This document shows, piece by piece, positions 25,222 through 29,199 of a stretch of DNA of 29,199 nucleotides (position 1 is its first letter; every line of letters begins with the position of its first letter). A program made the position numbers and the translations under genes. Source of the stretch: an uncultured Planctomycetaceae bacterium (lineage in GTDB: Bacteria > Planctomycetota > Phycisphaerae > SM23-33); contig CAYTQL010000002.1 of NCBI GenBank assembly GCA_964439555.1, positions 1 through 29,199 of the forward strand. Reading direction: 5' to 3'. The notes under the pieces were generated by a model. The model did not search any database and was not told the origin of the DNA. It saw only the letters and a program-made list of their open reading frames with translations.

Positions 25222-26166
25222 CTAGGAGACCAGTTCGGCTTCTTTCCTCGCGGCGTCCGAGCGGCGGAGTGTGGCGTCGCGGAGCTCGAAGAGGGTGATC
25301 TCCGGACGGTGATGCATGTGACTGCGGCGGGAGTGACCGACGCCGCGATTGACGTACAGGCGGCGGTCGCCGGGCAGGACGTACTCGCCGGCGATGAACT
25401 GCCGATGGTTCACCGGAAACAGCAGGTTGTTCAGGACGCTGTCCGGCGTGGGCTTTCCGTGGGTGTGCCCGGCCAGGACGTAATGGGCGCCCAGCGCCGC
25501 GAGGTCGAAGGCGGCGTCGGGGTTGTGCACCAGGGAGATGATCGGCTCGCCGCGGCGTCGCCCGCGGAAGGCGACGGTGGGGCGGTAGCTCGGCGTCCAC
25601 AGGTCGCCGACGCCCACGAAGCGGATGCTGCTTGCGCCGCGCTTGTAGATCACCGGTCGGTTGATGAGCACCTCCACCCCGGCCGCGTCGAGCTGCTCGG
25701 CGACGTATCCGCTCAGCCCGCTGACCGGCGAGTGCATCCGCGGATGCCAGACCCCGTAATCATGGTTCCCGAGCACCGCCAGCGTCGCCATGCGAGGCGA
25801 GAGATCCCGAAGGACGTTCCGTATCGTCCGGGCGTAGGAACGGCTGGTGGCGGTGATGAAATCGCCCGTGAGGACCACGAAATCCGGTTCGAGGCGGTTG
25901 GCCAGTTCGACGTAACGCCGAAGGTGCGCCTCGCGTATCAGCGGGGAGGAGTGCAGGTCGCTGAGGTGCACCAGCGTCGCGCCCTCGAAGTCGCCGAGCG
26001 TGGGCAGGGGCATCTCGTGGCGCTCGACGAGGACCCAGTCGGTCTGGAATTCCCACGTGCACAGCCCGTGCAGCGCCACGCGCGTCGCGGCGTTCCAGAG
26101 GAAGTTCTTCAACGACCACCCGAGTGATTCGAACGCGGACGCCGGTTTGGGCACCAGACCGCTCAT
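25222..26166 (-). CDS. Calcineurin-like metallophosphoesterase (YkuE-like)
   Basis: HLSDLH, LTGDF, LGNHD, HNPD, LAGHTHG, YVNRGVG. AAAGGAG SD. Confidence 0.92.
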   Translation of the reverse strand: MSGLVPKPASAFESLGWSLKNFLWNAATRVALHGLCTWEFQTDWVLVERHEMPLPTLGDFEGATLVHLSDLHSSPLIREAHLRRYVELANRLEPDFVVLTGDFITATSRSYARTIRNVLRDLSPRMATLAVLGNHDYGVWHPRMHSPVSGLSGYVAEQLDAAGVEVLINRPVIYKRGASSIRFVGVGDLWTPSYRPTVAFRGRRRGEPIISLVHNPDAAFDLAALGAHYVLAGHTHGKPTPDSVLNNLLFPVNHRQFIAGEYVLPGDRRLYVNRGVGHSRRSHMHHRPEITLFELRDATLRRSDAARKEAELVS

Positions 26167-26342
26167 CTCCGCTCCTTTCGGGCGACCAGGCTGTTGGTAA
26201 TTATCGGAGACCGGTGCAAAGGACGGGTCTGCAGGGACTTAAGGCTGTGTTAAGTTCCGTGGATAACCTGTGGGTTCTTTGGGGGATCCCGGAGGACTCG
26301 CCGGGCGGCTCTTCTTTCGGCCCCGCGCCGGACCGGAGGGAC

Positions 26343-26394
26343 GACACAGCGGGTGACACAGCGGGTTGACGGTGGGGCCGAAGTGCGCTAAACT
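26343..26394 (+). promoter_or_regulatory. Strong sigma70-type promoter with a tandem direct repeat abutting -35
   Basis: GACACAGCGGGT twice (26343-26354, 26355-26366), then TTGACG(26366-26371)-N17-TAAACT(26389-26394). Confidence 0.65.
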
Positions 26395-26451
26395 GTTGTC
26401 AGGCAAGGAGGTGCGGACCAACCGGCCCAGGGACGGGCGACGGAGGACGCC

Positions 26452-26580
26452 GTGGAACCTGCCGTGATCCGATTTTGCCGCGGGGTGGTGATGGGGGCCC
26501 TTCTGGGCGTGCTTTTCCTGACTCTCGTCGGCTCGGCCAACCTCGCGCTGGACATGATCCGCGGCGCTTTCGGCGGATAA
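26452..26580 (+). CDS. Small 42-aa single-pass membrane protein (not in the ORF track)
   Basis: GGAGG SD (26442-26446), GTG start, MEPAVIRFCRGVVMGALLGVLFLTLVGSANLALDMIRGAFGG*. G/C-ending codons, directly downstream of a good promoter. Confidence 0.6.
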   Translation: MEPAVIRFCRGVVMGALLGVLFLTLVGSANLALDMIRGAFGG

Positions 26581-26604
26581 GACGCGCCTCGGCCGTGCTG
26601 CCCC

Positions 26605-26660
26605 GGGCTCTGTTTGTCGCCATTCGGTTCGGACCTTGAAAAAGTCGTCCAACAGAGCCC
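26605..26660. repeat. 10-bp perfect inverted repeat around a 36-nt spacer
   Basis: GGGCTCTGTT (26605-26614) ... AACAGAGCCC (26651-26660). Confidence 0.7.
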
Positions 26661-26683
26661 CAAATGCCTCCGAAAGGCTTCCT

Positions 26684-27580
26684 ATGCACGTTCTGATCTC
26701 AGGGGCGGATGGATTCATCGGCCGGGCCGTTCGGCGGCGGCTGGTCGCGCGGGCCGACGAGGTGACCGGTCTGAGTCGCTCCGGTTCGTCCGGACGCGTC
26801 GTGCGCTGGGACCCCGCAGCCGGGGAGTTGGACGCGGGGAGTCTGCGCGGGTTCGACGCGATCATCCACCTTGCCGGCGAGCCGCTTGTCGGGCGATGGA
26901 CGCCAGAAAAGCGCCGCCGGATTCGCGCCTCCCGCGTGGAGGGGACGGGTCTGCTCGCCCGCCGGCTCGGGGACCTGGACCGCGGACCGCGGGTCCTGCT
27001 CTCGGCGTCGGCGGTCGGGTACTACGGGGACCGGGACGAGGAGCCCCTCAGCGAGGACTCCCCGCCGGGCGACACATTCCTTGCAGAGGTCTGCGAGGCG
27101 TGGGAAGCTGCTGCTGCCCCGGCCGCCGAAGCGGGCATCCGCGTGGTGCTGCTGCGGTTCGGCATCGTCCTGGACCCGGCGGGCGGGGCGCTGGTCGAGA
27201 TGGCGCGGCTCTTTCGCATGCATCTCGGCGGACGGCTCGGCGACGGCAGGCAGTTCTGGAGCTGGATCACGCGCGAGGACGCCGCCTCGGCGCTGCTGCT
27301 GGCGCTCGAGAGGGAAACGCTGGCCGGGCCGGTCAACGTGACGGCTCCCGAGCCGGTTCGCAATCGCCGCTTCACCGCCGCGTTGGGCGAGGCCCTGGAC
27401 CGCCGCGCCCTGCTGCCCGCCCCTGCGCCGCTGCTCCGTCTGGCGATGGGGCGCATGGCCGATGAGATGCTCCTGTGCAGTGCCCGGGTCCTGCCCGGGC
27501 GCCTCAGCGCTGCGGGCTTCGAATGGCGCGACCCGCACTTGTCTCCCGCCCTCTGGCAGATGTATCGGAGTTGCCGATGA
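26684..27580 (+). CDS. TIGR01777 family NAD-dependent epimerase/oxidoreductase
   Basis: SGADGFIG, IIHLAGEP...RWT, SASAVGYYG, VCEAWE, LRFGIVL, QFWSWI, GPVNVTAP. Confidence 0.93.
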   Translation: MHVLISGADGFIGRAVRRRLVARADEVTGLSRSGSSGRVVRWDPAAGELDAGSLRGFDAIIHLAGEPLVGRWTPEKRRRIRASRVEGTGLLARRLGDLDRGPRVLLSASAVGYYGDRDEEPLSEDSPPGDTFLAEVCEAWEAAAAPAAEAGIRVVLLRFGIVLDPAGGALVEMARLFRMHLGGRLGDGRQFWSWITREDAASALLLALERETLAGPVNVTAPEPVRNRRFTAALGEALDRRALLPAPAPLLRLAMGRMADEMLLCSARVLPGRLSAAGFEWRDPHLSPALWQMYRSCR

Positions 27581-28932
27581 TCCACGAGACGCGAATCGCC
27601 GATCTCAACGAAGCGCCCGTTGCCGAAGGACGCTACGTGCTCTACTGGATGCAGGCGTCGCAGCGGAGCCGCTGGAACTACGCCCTGGAGCACGCGATCG
27701 AGCGGGCCAACGAACGGAAGCTCCCGCTGACCTGCGTCTTCGGGCTCACGGATGGGTATCCCGAGGCGAACCTGCGTCACTACGCCTTCCTGCTCCAGGG
27801 GCTCGGCGCGGCCGCTGAGGGGCTGGCGGACCGCGGCGTGACCTTCGTGGTCCTGCGGGACCGCCCCGACGCCGCGGCCCTTCGCCTGGCCGACGCCGCA
27901 GCCCTGATCGTCTGCGACGCCGGCTACCTGCGGCACCAGCGGAGATGGCGGGACCGCGTCGCCGACGAGGCGCCCTGCCCGGTCGTGGAGGTCGAGGCGG
28001 ACGTGGTCGTGCCCGTCGAGACGGTCATGCAGAAGGAAGCGTATTCCGCGGCGGTGCTGCGCAGGCGGATCGCGCCGCTACTGGAGGACTACCTCGTGGA
28101 ACTCGAGCCGCGGAAGCTCAAGCGCTCGCCGGCCGAGCTGGACGTCGAGGGCGAGGACCTCGACGACCTCGACGGGCTGCTCGATCGCCTGGAGGTGGAC
28201 CGTTCCGTGACGCCGAGCGAGCGGTTCCGGGGCGGTCAGGACTCGGCCGGGGCGCTGCTGGACGCCTTCGTCCGCGAGCGGCTGAAGGACTACCACCAGT
28301 GCCGCAACGCTCCGGGGGAGGACTGCGTATCGCACATGAGCCCGTACCTGCACTTCGGGCAGATCAGCCCGGTGGAGATTGCCCTGGCGGTCCGGTCCTG
28401 GCCGCACCGGCCCACCGAGGCGCGCGACGCGTACCTCGAGGAGTTGATCGTCCGCCGCGAGTTGAGCATGAACTTCGTGCACTTCAACCCGGAGTACGAC
28501 AAGCTCGCCTGCCTGCCCGACTGGGCCCGCAAGACGCTGGAAGCCCACGCCGGCGACGACCGCGAGGCGACCTATACCGAATCGCAGCTCGACGCCGCGC
28601 AGACGCACGATCCGTACTGGAACGCCGCCCAGCGGGAGATGGTCGCCACCGGAAAGATGCACAACTACATGCGCATGTACTGGGGCAAGAAGATCCTCCA
28701 GTGGATCCGCGACCCCGCCCGGGCTTTCCAGATCGCCCTCCGCCTCAACAACCGCTACGAGCTGGACGGGCGGGACCCCAACAGCTACGCCGGCATCGCT
28801 TGGTGCTTCGGCAAGCACGACCGCCCGTGGGTCGAGCGGGAGGTTTTCGGGAAGGTCCGCTACATGAGTGACTCGGGCCTGGAGCGGAAATTCGACATGT
28901 CCGCCTACCTCGACCGCGTCGGGCGAGGGTAG
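27577..28932 (+). CDS. phrB: Class II CPD DNA photolyase
   Basis: YVLYWMQASQR, SHMSPYLHFGQIS, EELIVRRELS, MHNYMRMYWGKKI, ELDGRDPNSYAGIAWCFGKHDRPW. ATGA overlap with the upstream gene. Confidence 0.94.
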   Translation: MIHETRIADLNEAPVAEGRYVLYWMQASQRSRWNYALEHAIERANERKLPLTCVFGLTDGYPEANLRHYAFLLQGLGAAAEGLADRGVTFVVLRDRPDAAALRLADAAALIVCDAGYLRHQRRWRDRVADEAPCPVVEVEADVVVPVETVMQKEAYSAAVLRRRIAPLLEDYLVELEPRKLKRSPAELDVEGEDLDDLDGLLDRLEVDRSVTPSERFRGGQDSAGALLDAFVRERLKDYHQCRNAPGEDCVSHMSPYLHFGQISPVEIALAVRSWPHRPTEARDAYLEELIVRRELSMNFVHFNPEYDKLACLPDWARKTLEAHAGDDREATYTESQLDAAQTHDPYWNAAQREMVATGKMHNYMRMYWGKKILQWIRDPARAFQIALRLNNRYELDGRDPNSYAGIAWCFGKHDRPWVEREVFGKVRYMSDSGLERKFDMSAYLDRVGRG

Positions 28933-28938
28933 GGCGGC

Positions 28939-29199
28939 TCAGCGGCGTCCGTACCGGCGACCGAAGCGGTTGGCGCACTGGATCACGCCGGGGGCGTTGA
29001 GTTCGTCCGTCGTCACGGCCCGGCCGAGGTCGAGCTCGAAGGTGTGCGACTCGCCGGGCAGCAGCGTGATGAGCTGGTCATCCACCCGCCCGTCGGGTTC
29101 GAGCCGGTCGGGGAAGATCGCCGCGTCCCGCAGGAAGCGCTTCGCCCGAAGCGTCACCGTCGTCTCCCGCACGTCCACGTCGCCTACTCGAACTCCTCC
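28939..29199 (-). CDS. C-terminal Ig-like domain of a GH2 beta-mannosidase-like protein; start lies beyond the right edge
   Basis: The frame is open to the window edge: GGVRVGDVDVRETTVTLRAKRFLRDAAIFPDRLEPDGRVDDQLITLLPGESHTF...CAN resembles the GH2 mannosidase C-terminus. Confidence 0.7.
   Translation of the reverse strand, partial: GGVRVGDVDVRETTVTLRAKRFLRDAAIFPDRLEPDGRVDDQLITLLPGESHTFELDLGRAVTTDELNAPGVIQCANRFGRRYGRR

Noticed and set aside
26238-26277. Replication origin suggested by the DnaA-box-like CGTGGATAA (26258-26266) in an AT-richer patch
   Set aside because: Only one 8/9 box and one poor neighbour, no box cluster or unwinding element, and no dnaA/dnaN context.
1-29199. CRISPR array, rRNA, transposase or defence genes
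   Set aside because: No regularly spaced repeat-spacer series or recognisable motifs were found. The WYL gene has no defence genes beside it in this window.

Overview
High-GC bacterial DNA whose gene content (H-X9-DG/DUF1559-type prepilin proteins, PEP-CTERM proteins, dockerin-like repeats, sulfatase, orphan ABC-2 permease) points to Planctomycetota, probably Phycisphaerae. This is inferred, not searched. Left to right: (i) a sugar/sulfate catabolic block (enolase-superfamily enzyme running off the left edge, Gfo/Idh/MocA oxidoreductase, sulfatase, GH29 alpha-L-fucosidase) containing a deleted remnant of a four-helix-bundle element; (ii) ABC permease, Zn-dependent dehydrogenase, purE, tRNA-Thr(CGT), a lipoprotein alpha/beta hydrolase and three small hypotheticals; (iii) a ~12 kb cell-surface locus around tRNA-Ala(GGC): three prepilin-type proteins, HEAT and helical membrane proteins, an 881-aa protein joining a PstS-like phosphate-binding fold to dockerin-like repeats and a PEP-CTERM tail, a second PEP-CTERM protein, PilZ and TolC; (iv) WYL regulator-dtd, a metallophosphoesterase, an unannotated 42-aa membrane protein, TIGR01777-class II photolyase, and the 3' end of a GH2 beta-mannosidase-like gene. 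No CRISPR array, integrase, transposase, reverse transcriptase or rRNA was seen. Best candidate for an undescribed system: the pseudopilin plus PstS-dockerin-PEP-CTERM locus. Second: a possible WYL-controlled photolyase promoter. All calls come from motif recognition by eye. No database searches were run, and start codons were adjusted from the ORF track using Shine-Dalgarno (SD) positions.
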